Origin: Acidobacteriota bacterium
Lineage (GTDB): Bacteria > Acidobacteriota > UBA6911 > RPQK01 > JAJDTT01
DNA: 64,000 nucleotides
Assembly (NCBI GenBank): GCA_965217775.1
Contig: CBDCJH010000002.1
Location: 4,992,001-5,056,000 of the forward strand
Direction: 5' to 3'
The translations under genes were made by a program, and so were the position numbers. Below, in pieces: positions 44,872 through 53,098 of the stretch; the stretch's first letter is position 1; each line of letters starts with the position of its first letter. The notes beneath the pieces are model-generated. The model made no database searches, was not told where the DNA came from, and worked only from the letters and a program-made list of their open reading frames with translations.

Positions 44872-45960
44872 ATGATCGATCGGGAAAGCCGCATCGCGCG
44901 GCCGAACTCTCCGCGGAAACCGGTCTCCGAGCGGTATGTTCGGAGTCTCCCCAAGGCCGAGCTGCATCTTCATCTCGAGGGCAGCGTCGGGCCTGAGCGG
45001 CTCCATGCCCTCGCCTGCAAGTACGGTACGGAATACGCTTCCCTGAGCGTCGCCGAGTTGACCGAGAAACTCTACCGGTACGGGAGCCTCCATGAATTCC
45101 TGGGCGCCTTCAAGGTGGTTTGCCAACACTTGCGGGGCAAGGAGGACTATGCCGGCATCCTGGAGGACTTGGCCGGGAGTCTCCTCCGGCAGGGTGTCTT
45201 CTATGCGGAGATCACCTACGCTCCGTCCATTCCCTGGATCTGGGGCCGGGACGGCCGGGAAATCCTGCAGCAGCTATTGAAAACAGGATCCCGGTTCGAG
45301 GAGAAGGGTCTGGTCATTCGCTGGGTGCTGGACTGCGTTCGCCAGTTCGGCTTGGAAGCAGCCTGGAGGACGGCCCGGCTGGCGGCGGAGCACCGGAGCA
45401 GGGGCGTCGTGGCGTTGGGGATGGGAGGGGACGAATTGTCCCTCCCCCTGATCGAGTATCGCGATGTCTTTCTCTGGGCCAAGGCCCATGAGATCTACAT
45501 CCATATCCACGCCGGCGAGATCGGCGAGCCGGATCAGATCTGGAGCGCCCTCAAGGACCTGGGCGCGAACCGGATCGGACACGGCGTCCAGGCGGCCCGG
45601 GACCCGCGCCTGATCGAGTATCTTCGGGAGCATGCCGTCGGGTTGGACGTCTGCCTCACCAGCAACCTCAGGACCCGGGCGTGGGCCCCGCTGTCCCAGC
45701 ATCCCTTTCCCCTCTTGTACCGCCGCGGGGTTCCGGTGACCCTGAACACGGACGATCCCGGCCTGTTCCGGACCAGCTTGACCCAGGAGTACCTGAAGGC
45801 CTCGAGGATCTTCGGACTGACGGCACAGGACCTTCAACGGGTCGCGCTGCAGGCGGTTCGGTGTTCCTTCCTGCCCCACGAGGCCAAGATGGCCCACATG
45901 CAGCGGATTCAGGACCGGATGGAGCCGGGCGGAATTCCGCAACCGGGCCACCGGCTGTGA
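44872..45960 (+). CDS. add: Adenosine deaminase family protein (start uncertain)
   Basis: PKAELHLHLEG, HAGE, RIGHG, NTDDP. Confidence 0.9.
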   Translation: MIDRESRIARPNSPRKPVSERYVRSLPKAELHLHLEGSVGPERLHALACKYGTEYASLSVAELTEKLYRYGSLHEFLGAFKVVCQHLRGKEDYAGILEDLAGSLLRQGVFYAEITYAPSIPWIWGRDGREILQQLLKTGSRFEEKGLVIRWVLDCVRQFGLEAAWRTARLAAEHRSRGVVALGMGGDELSLPLIEYRDVFLWAKAHEIYIHIHAGEIGEPDQIWSALKDLGANRIGHGVQAARDPRLIEYLREHAVGLDVCLTSNLRTRAWAPLSQHPFPLLYRRGVPVTLNTDDPGLFRTSLTQEYLKASRIFGLTAQDLQRVALQAVRCSFLPHEAKMAHMQRIQDRMEPGGIPQPGHRL

Positions 45961-45984
45961 GAGAATGGAGGCCACTAACGCGCC

Positions 45985-46211
45985 GGAGGAGTGGCCGAGT
46001 GGCTTAACAGCCCGTGGCAAAAGTCATCACGGCATTCGGCCGTCCCTGCATCGTGCGCGGACGGCGTTGCGATTCGGGCACATACTCCCGGTATGCACCC
46101 GAATCGCGCCTTGTCCGGCGGGCGCAGGAACGGTCTCGGTGCTCGCGGGACTTTCACCACGGACTGTTAAGGCGGCGGTCTTGAAAACCGCTGTGTCCGG
46201 AAGGGCACCGT
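45985..46211 (+). pseudogene. Truncated tRNA-Ser(TGA) copy with a MITE in the D-loop
   Basis: Identical to 48183-48246 apart from the insertion; most of the T-arm and the 3' acceptor strand are absent. Confidence 0.9.
46008..46166. mobile_element. MITE copy 2 (159 bp)
   Basis: Same terminal inverted repeats; TTAA at 46004-46007 and 46167-46170. Confidence 0.93.
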
Positions 46212-46214
46212 CAA

Positions 46215-46430
46215 CATCTGTGAAGCGAAGACATTACAAGGAGATCCGACGCGGCATCCGAGTGGTGGGGGTCTTTCCCAACCAAGCTTCGGTCCTGCGA
46301 TTGAAATCAGCAGTGCTGGGGGGAATTCACGAGGAGTTGACAATCGACCGACACTATACCAAATCCTAGTAATTGGAGTGCCGCGAAGAAAACTGTTTCC
46401 CGGACAAATCACAAAATATTAGTTGTGTGA
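46215..46430 (+). pseudogene. IS256-family transposase C-terminal relic with probable right end
   Basis: KEIRRGIRVVGVFPNQASVLRL..AVL..IHEE matches the IS256 C-terminal signature. Confidence 0.75.
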
Positions 46431-46509
46431 TCAATGTTGCTTGACGTACTTATCGAGTATATTGATTCTCTCCGCTTTCTGATGAACGGCGGGTCGTCTT
46501 CGAGGCTCA

Positions 46510-46941
46510 GTGAATCAAATGCGGCTTGAGGCGATATTGATCTGCGACAAGGTCGTTCGTGAGGACAACGGCAAGATCCATCTCCAAGGGATTTATGATC
46601 GTGTTATTGTTAACCAGATACCGGCGATTCATCCAGAAATGTATCTGTTTTCCCGTTTTACCGTTGAATTGGCAGACAGGGCAGACGGGGGTAACGACGT
46701 ACTCAGAGCGGAGCTGATCCACCCAGACGGGAGTACCGAACAGCTTCCGACGCCAAAGCCGAAAGTCGCGAGTACGGGAAGAGTCCAAATTATTGTACGA
46801 CTAATGCGACTTCCCTTGCGCTATCTGGGGCAGTATTTGTTTCGGATAAATTTCAACGAGATCGAAGTGGGATTGATTGGATTTGAAGTATGCGGATCGT
46901 CAATTGTTCCGGAGGTCAGGCATGACACAAGAGTCCAGTAA
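46510..46941 (+). CDS. DUF6941-like protein
   Basis: ILICDKVVRE.NGK..L.GIYD N-terminus, G.Y.F.I..N C-terminus; AT-rich codon usage. Confidence 0.7.
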   Translation: MNQMRLEAILICDKVVREDNGKIHLQGIYDRVIVNQIPAIHPEMYLFSRFTVELADRADGGNDVLRAELIHPDGSTEQLPTPKPKVASTGRVQIIVRLMRLPLRYLGQYLFRINFNEIEVGLIGFEVCGSSIVPEVRHDTRVQ

Positions 46942-47404
46942 TCTTCAAGATGCAGGAGCCATCATCTTCCGATTCTTCGGGTCGTTAGGAGAGCCGACTG
47001 TCCGACACGGCTTGGCAGATGAAATGATTATCGAAACCAGGAAGACATGGGGGCCTTTAAAAGTAACCAAAATAATGCCCACAGCAACCGTTGCCACCGA
47101 GGCGACAGAGATCGACACAGAAGACCTTCATGAATTCAAAGGTGAATTAGCTGCGCTTAGCGAGGACGTGATTGCCATTCAGTCAGACACGGGGGAGTAT
47201 GGTGAGAGGCATATCACAACCTTTATCCTCGAAAAATCAGAACCATTAAGTCTACAAATAATCAATATTGAGGCCAAAATAATTCGGAAATATCCCCAGC
47301 GAGACTACAGTTTCCACATCCGAACGACACCGAAAGACAAGGATGGGAAGTTCTTGCTTCCTTCGGGCTCTTACTACCTAATGACTTGGCAAAGTCGATC
47401 TTAA
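46922..47404 (+). CDS. Hypothetical protein, possibly a degenerate MNT-like antitoxin
   Basis: SD GGAGG, overlaps gene 1, ends 3 bp before the HEPN-like gene; the fold guess is inference only. Confidence 0.65.
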   Translation: MTQESSNLQDAGAIIFRFFGSLGEPTVRHGLADEMIIETRKTWGPLKVTKIMPTATVATEATEIDTEDLHEFKGELAALSEDVIAIQSDTGEYGERHITTFILEKSEPLSLQIINIEAKIIRKYPQRDYSFHIRTTPKDKDGKFLLPSGSYYLMTWQSRS

Positions 47405-47407
47405 GAG

Positions 47408-47797
47408 ATGGCTTCTATTCAGGATCACCTGGATTCAATCAGGCACAATGAACAATTCCTCCAGTTCCTGCGGGCTGACGGCCACTATTCAAGGTGGGCG
47501 GTGGTTGTCGTATTCTACATAGCCGTTCACTATGGGAGGGCCTTGATGGCGGTTTCAGGAATTCAGATACGTCATCATGGCCATTTCGAGACGGAATTCT
47601 TACGCATTTTCAATGATGTCCAGTGTTATGAACACATCAGGATTCTCAAGGATTATTCAGAAGCCGCCCGATACGACAACCGGCATTTTTCATGGCGAGA
47701 GGTAGGGGAGCTATATACTGGTAGGCTGAAGGATTTCAAGTCTTGCATCCGAAGATTTGGGGAAAAAGTTGGTCTCGATCTTCGCCGAGTGCCGTAG
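47408..47797 (+). CDS. HEPN-like protein
   Basis: Helical 129 aa; W....FYIAVH, HH, and Y..I..L...SEAARY resembling the HEPN R-x4-Y variant. Confidence 0.7.
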   Translation: MASIQDHLDSIRHNEQFLQFLRADGHYSRWAVVVVFYIAVHYGRALMAVSGIQIRHHGHFETEFLRIFNDVQCYEHIRILKDYSEAARYDNRHFSWREVGELYTGRLKDFKSCIRRFGEKVGLDLRRVP

Positions 47798-47837
47798 CGC
47801 GTGTGGCCGTAAGGGGTTTTTGCCCCACAAACTCCCT

Positions 47838-47975
47838 CTACCGAAGCCGCTCTCCCTCCTTCCCGTGCATCATCTCACTCATCTCGTCAATTGTGTCCAG
47901 TTCTCGAAAATTGTTACGGTCCGAGAACTCGTTAGCGTATCTCTGAAGATATTTGGCTCTCGGGCTGTGCCGTAG
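47838..47975 (-). pseudogene. IS1595-family transposase C-terminal relic
   Basis: KYLQRYANEFSDRNNFRELDTIDEM..M..G..GERLR resembles the IS1595 HLQRY..EF..R.N tail. Confidence 0.75.
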
Positions 47976-48107
47976 TGGACTCTCTTCAACAAAGATGAAA
48001 ACAATACTCAGAAGTCGGCTTGGCACATGGTCCGCCGGATTCGACGCGGTTGGAACGTGAACCTGGAAGAGAGATTCGACGGTCCGGTAGAATCGGATCC
48101 AGTGCCC

Positions 48108-48246
48108 CAGGACCGGATGGAGCCGGGCGGAATTCCGCAAACGGGCCGCCGGCTGTGAGAGAATGGAGGCCACTAACGCGCCGGAGGAGTGGCCGAGTGG
48201 CTTAAGGCGGCGGTCTTGAAAACCGCTGTGTCCGGAAGGGCACCGT
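48108..48246 (+). repeat. Direct repeat A, copy 2
   Basis: Matches 45910-46211 minus the MITE. Confidence 0.92.
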
Positions 48247-48272
48247 GGGTTCGAATCCTACCTCCTCCGCCA
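48183..48272 (+). tRNA. tRNA-Ser(TGA), intact
   Basis: GGAGGAG acceptor, anticodon loop CTTGAAA, long variable arm, GTTCGAATC, encoded CCA. Confidence 0.96.
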
Positions 48273-48342
48273 TCTCATGGTTCAGCATCCGCAATTGCGC
48301 GAACGGTTTGCGGGGCCGGAAGGGCCCGGGCTACGAGACCTC
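48256..48342 (+). repeat. Direct repeat B, copy 1 (tRNA 3' end plus downstream flank)
   Basis: 87 bp, aligns without gaps to 49308-49394 with about 10 mismatches by manual count. Confidence 0.88.
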
Positions 48343-48389
48343 GGCAATCGGGAAATCGACTTCGGCCAACCGCCTACACTCGCGGGGAA

Positions 48390-48690
48390 TCACAGTATGC
48401 CCTCAACCCACCGAACGACCCGATCGGCCAGCTTGACGGCTTCGCGGTGGTCGTTGTCCGTGACCGGCCTCGTATGCCCCGGATACCGGGTAACTGCTGC
48501 ATACCGGGTCAGGGTTGCAGCGTCGAAGACCTCGGCCGGGACATCTACTCCCGCTTCCTCGACGAGCGATAGGAGGGCCGCCAGATCGTGAATGAACGGA
48601 TGTTGTAAGCCACGCGCCAGCCAGATTGCTGTGGGCTCGGTTCATCCACTCACGCGGGTCGTCGTGCAGGAATCGCTCACGCGGCCTCAT
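48390..48690 (-). pseudogene. HEPN toxin gene with a frameshifting internal deletion
   Basis: DDPREWMNRAHSNL in one frame; HPFIHDL...YAAVTRYPG...VVRWVEGIL* in another; the usual QQAAEKA.K helix is missing. Confidence 0.85.
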
Positions 48691-49000
48691 AGACCACCCG
48701 TCCCTCGCGCAGGGCCTTCCGAATCACCATGCCGTAGCTGTCGCGGTAGCGCTCCAGGTCGGCGGGGGATGCCACGATAGCGTCGACTGCCGCCCCGACG
48801 CCGCGCAGGTTCAGATAGATGTCACCCATGAGATCCAGGGCGTCGACCCCGGCCCGGACCACCAGCAGATCGAGATCGCTGTGGGGCCCCATTCGCCCTC
48901 GCGCTGCGGAACCGAACAGAATGATCTTCTCCGGTTGTGCCACCTGCACAACACGCCGAATCACCTCGTCCAGTACCGCCTGATCTACCGTTCCGTTCAT
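48677..49000 (-). CDS. Minimal nucleotidyltransferase (MNT) antitoxin
   Basis: ILFGSAARG, SDLDLLVV, ALREGRVVY; overlaps the HEPN gene; TATAAT upstream (49031-49036). Confidence 0.92.
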   Translation of the reverse strand: MNGTVDQAVLDEVIRRVVQVAQPEKIILFGSAARGRMGPHSDLDLLVVRAGVDALDLMGDIYLNLRGVGAAVDAIVASPADLERYRDSYGMVIRKALREGRVVYEAA

Positions 49001-49141
49001 CTCAGTCTCCAGTCAGCGCGTCAACGGGCCATTATACGAGAGCATCGCCACTAGCGCCCGAGGTGGAGGGCAGGACTTGGGACAACTCAAGAAACAAATA
49101 AACCAAATTACTTTATGTAAAATTGTTTACGGTGGACATAT

Positions 49142-49300
49142 CAGCCCGTGGCAAAAGTCATCACGGCATTCGACCGTCCCTGCATCGTGCGCGGACGGCG
49201 TTGCGATTCGGGCACATACTCCCGGTATGCACCCGAATCGCGCCTTGTCCGGCGGGCGCAGGAACGGTCTCGGTGCTCGCGGGACTTTCACCACGGACTG
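49142..49300. mobile_element. MITE copy 3 (159 bp)
   Basis: Near-identical to copy 2; ATAT at 49138-49141 and 49301-49304. Confidence 0.93.
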
Positions 49301-49307
49301 ATATCGT

Positions 49308-49394
49308 TCCTGCCTCCTCCGCCACCTCATGGTTCAGCATCCACGGTTGTGCGAACGGTTTGCGGGGCTGAAAGGTTCCGGGCTACGAGACCTC
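49308..49394 (+). repeat. Direct repeat B, copy 2
   Basis: TCCTGCCTCCTCCGCCA...GGGCTACGAGACCTC; includes the putA stop codon. Confidence 0.88.
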
Positions 49395-52141
49395 CACCCT
49401 CTCTTCCCCTTCCCGGGTGCCCAGGTTGCCGTAGCGGTGGTAATCGATACTGACGCTCTGCTCCCTCAGATACCAAAGCAACTCCACCCGGCCCTGGACC
49501 AGGACCGGAGCTCGCGCCAGGTACACTCCGGAAGCGGCCTCCGCCCGGAACACGATCTCCGGCACCGTAGCTTTCCAGAGCGGCCACGACCCGGGGCAGG
49601 TCGTCCCGGTCCGCGGAAACGGCGGCAGGACTCGGCTGTTTCAGGCGCGAACGAAGGGCGGCAAGATGGGGGTCGGCCACCTGGAAGGGGCCGGTTGGAG
49701 ACGCACCGTCGCTAAAGTCCATGAGTTGGGCCACGTAGTTGGGGCCTCCGGCCTTGATTCCGGGACCAAAGGCGGACTTGGCCATGCCCTCGAAGGGTTG
49801 ACGGAGCACGATCGCCCCGGTGGTTCCCCGGTTGACGTAGAGGTTTCCCGCCTCGACGCGGTGGCACCAGTACGCCTGCTCGCGATCGTCCAGGCTCTCC
49901 AGTCCGGCGGTCAATCCGTAGCCGGTCCCACGGATGAGGCTCAGGGCCTGGTCCAGGTTCTTCACCCGCATCACCCCCAACACGGGACCGAAGAGCTCGG
50001 TCAGATGGGTGAAGCTTCCCGGCTGGACATCCCATTTGACGCCCGGCGAGTAGAGGCAAGGGTTTTCACCCATTCGCCTGGGCATGACCGCCCAAGCCTC
50101 GCCTGGCTCCAGTCCCTGGAGGCCCCTCTCCAGGGCGCCGGAAGGGGGTCGAATCAAGGGGCCCATCCGATTGCGCAGGTCCCAGGCCGAGCCGACCTCC
50201 AGGCTCCGCACCGCGTCGCAGAGTGTCTCCTTGAACTTTGGGTCCTGGTAGACCTCCTCCTCGACGAGGAGCAGGGAAGTCGCGGAGCATTTCTGTCCGC
50301 GGTGACTGAAGGCGGAGTGAATCACGTGACTGATGGCAAGTTCCCGATCTCCCAGAGCGGTCAAGGTGGTCGCGTTCTTGCCCCCGGTTTCCGCCAGAAG
50401 ATTCAGCTTCGGCTTGAGCCGGAGCATCCGCAGGGCGGTCTCCGTGCCGCCGGTCAGAATGACGGCGTCCACCTCCGGGTGGGAGACCAGACGGGACCCA
50501 CCTGTCGCCACGGCACAGGGCGCCATTTGCAGAGTCCGTCGCGAGATCCCGGCCCTCCGGAAGCACTGGCACAGCTCGTGGCCCACCAGCACGGTGTCGG
50601 GGGAGGGTTTGAGGATGACGGTGTTCCCCGCCGCCAGGGCGGCGGCGATTCCGCCTCCGGGTATGGCAATGGGAAAGTTCCAGGGGGAGACCACCACCAC
50701 GACGCCCTTCGATCTGACCTGCAAACCGGGAAGGTGGTGGAAGTAACGGGCGGCCAAGTCGTAGAAGACGACGAAGTCCACGACCTCGGAGACCTCCGGG
50801 TCCGACTCGGGCAGGGTTTTCCCGCCGTCCGCCAGGGCGGCGCCCATGAGGTCTCCCCGTCCGCGATGCAGCTCCCGGGCCACAGCCGCCAGGATCCGGG
50901 AGCGCTCTTCGACCGGCTTCCGACGCCAGCCGTCGGCATCGTTTCGAGCGCAGGCCACGGCCCGCTCCACGTCCTCCTCGTTGGCCTGCCGGTAGCGGCC
51001 GACGATCAGGCCCGGCCGGGATGGGTCCAAACAGTCACGCGTTTCCCGATTCCGAAAGATTTTCCTCCCGGCCACCACCAGGGGAACCTCCACCTTGTTG
51101 TCGCCGTGTCGAGGTTTCCAGCGCTCGATGATCCCTTGGGCCCACACGCGATTGACCGGCAGTGAGAAATTGGTGTCGGGTTCGTTGACAAATTGGTTCC
51201 ATGAGCTCGGGCGTGCCGACTCACCGGACTCGGCCAAGCGGTTCCGGGCGCGCCGGGGTGTTTCGGATACGTCCTCGCGGCACCGGGAGGATTCCAGGAA
51301 CCCCTCTTCCAATCGTTTCCACTCCGGGCTGTCCGGGACCAGCCCGAAGGCATGCCTGAGGAAGTTGTCGGGTCCCGTGTTCTCGTCCAGGCGGCGAAAC
51401 AGGTATCCGACGGCGTTGATGAAGTCCTCCTTTTTGGTCGCCGGCGCATAGAGGAGCAGGTTCTGCGTCAGCTCGAGCAGTGCCCGGCGCTGGGCGTTGG
51501 CCATCCCTTCCAGCATCTCGAACGGCACCCGGTCCAGGGCACCGGTCTCCGCAGCCGACAGCAGGGCGTACGAATCCAGACGCCTCCGGGCCTCGGCTTC
51601 TCCCAGGAGGGCCTCGCCCAGGAAGTTGACGTTCATCCGCACACCGTTCTGCCGCCGTGCCTCCAGGTGCCGGACCAGCAGAGCCTCCTCGGCAGGGAGA
51701 ATGACGTTGGCGGTCTCTTCCCGCATCCTTTCCCTGACCAGGGGCGCCGCCACGCCCGGAAGGTAGCTGCCGAAAGAGCGAAAGCCCCTGAGGAGAGTTC
51801 GGTCCAGGCCGCTGAAGAAACGAGGAATTCCCTGCACGTCCAGGATGTGCAGGATCTGGTCGACTGCGCGATGCGGGCTGTTGGAGCGGAAGGCCTGGTC
51901 AGTGAGCTGGGTGAGCGTCGCCTTGTCGCGGGGACTCTGAACCATCCGCTCCAGTTCGGCCTGCTGCCTCACTTCGACCTGGGTCTGAAGCGCCGCCGCC
52001 GTTTCCTGAAGTTGCCGCGCCAGGAAGACGGCTTTCTGCGCCCGCTCCGTGTAGGGTGACCCGGAGTCCGGTACGAATGATCCGAGGAGTGTGTCCCATG
52101 CCTTCTTCAATGTGACCCGCCGGAACAAAACCTCTGGTCAT
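49383..52141 (-). pseudogene. putA: putA (proline dehydrogenase / P5C dehydrogenase) pseudogene
   Basis: DQAFRS, NFLGEA, FEMLEGM, RRLDEN, PWNFP, AETGGKN, GQKCSA and YHRYGNLG are present, but the PRODH core is missing and the C-terminus is out of frame. Confidence 0.85.
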
Positions 52142-52203
52142 GGCCGTTTCCGTGCCCGATCGGTCCTCGGATGCCCGCTTCCATCGCCGCCGCCGCTCAC
52201 CTG

Positions 52204-52253
52204 GGCGGGCGCAGGAACGGTCTCCGTGCTCGCGGAACTTTCGCCCCGGACTG
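52204..52253. mobile_element. MITE copy 4 (diverged right half only)
   Basis: GGCGGGCGCAGGAACGGTCTCCGTGCTCGCGGAACTTTCGCCCCGGACTG followed by TTA. Confidence 0.8.
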
Positions 52254-52769
52254 TTACCGGCGGCGCTTCAGTTCGAATGTCATCGGGGACTCCTCGGTGA
52301 TTTCCCCGTCCTTCATGCTGTGCCAGTGGGTCGTGAGGCGGTCCTTCCCGCGCAGGATGTACTCGGCGTGGTGCATGTAGTGGCCCTGGCGTGACGAGAG
52401 ATTGGTGATGCTTTCGAAACGCAATTCCAGGCGGTTTTCGTCGTCCGTGGCCCGCACTTCCAGGCGCGGCTGATTCCCCGCCGCACAGTAGTGGGTCATC
52501 AGCACGCGTTCTCCGTCCGCGTGGTACATGTTGAGCATTTCATGTCCGTCGGGGCTGTTCGGAAACATCAGCTCCACCAGGGCCGAACCGCCGGAAGTGA
52601 GCCGGAAGCTGGAGCCGACGACGCCGGTTTCTTCGCCGTTCTCGTCCAGCATGACCCATTCGCCTTCCAGCGCAGTCAGTTTCGACATCACGCCAGCGTC
52701 CTCCGCGCCCGCCCGGGAGAGGCTGATGGCTGCCAGAGCCAAGCCGACAAACAGTGTTTTTCTTGCCAT
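52254..52769 (-). CDS. Secreted hypothetical protein
   Basis: Signal peptide; LEGEW, EM..MYH.DG, THYCAAGNQPR; SD AGGAGA. Confidence 0.8.
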   Translation of the reverse strand: MARKTLFVGLALAAISLSRAGAEDAGVMSKLTALEGEWVMLDENGEETGVVGSSFRLTSGGSALVELMFPNSPDGHEMLNMYHADGERVLMTHYCAAGNQPRLEVRATDDENRLELRFESITNLSSRQGHYMHHAEYILRGKDRLTTHWHSMKDGEITEESPMTFELKRRR

Positions 52770-53032
52770 TGGATGTTTCTCCTCGACATCAGTCTAGCAA
52801 CAAACCGGCGGCTGGTGGCCAATCAGAGAGATCCGCGCAGCCGCTGGGCGCGCCAGGCTTGGAAAACGTCTCGACGGAAGACGTTGTCCAGCGCAAGAGG
52901 GGCGGTCACGCTTCCAACTTGACTGCTTGCAAATTGGCGGTGTTTGATTCGCAGGTTGGAGCCGTCGAGACCCGCGAGCCGCCGCTCCGGCATCTGGAAT
53001 TTGACCTGGAAAACAATCCGATTCCGGCGTGC

Positions 53033-53092
53033 ATTCCGAATCAGACGGTGTTACATTCCGAATCAGACGGGTCCGGATTCCGAATTGGACGA
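53033..53092 (+). repeat. Three 16-bp direct repeats with 22-bp period overlapping an extended -10 element
   Basis: ATTCCGAATCAGACGG at 53033 and 53055, ATTCCGAATTGGACGA at 53077; TGtTACATT at 53049-53057. Confidence 0.85.
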
Positions 53093-53098
53093 TGCTTG

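Larger units (their letters stand above)
45910..46211 (+). repeat. Direct repeat A, copy 1 (add 3' end, tRNA promoter and tRNA 5' part; interrupted by MITE)
   Basis: After removing the MITE and one TTAA it is 139 bp and matches 48108-48246 with 2 mismatches. Confidence 0.92.

Noticed and set aside
45985-46211. Intron-containing or split tRNA
   Set aside because: The insert has terminal repeats, a target duplication and copies elsewhere; the tRNA 3' part is missing and an intact gene lies nearby
46479-46515. CTGATGA as a hammerhead ribozyme core
   Set aside because: No stem II followed by GAAA, and no cleavage-site arm found
49327-52128. The 933-aa ORF as an intact novel PutA variant
   Set aside because: The true C-terminus is in another frame and conserved motifs are mutated; treated as a pseudogene
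52912-52961. attC-like site (TTCCAAC...GTTGGAG)
   Set aside because: Shorter than typical attC, both core sites mismatch, and no integron integrase is present
53033-53092. Repeats as a mini CRISPR array
   Set aside because: Spacers are only 6 bp and there are no cas genes
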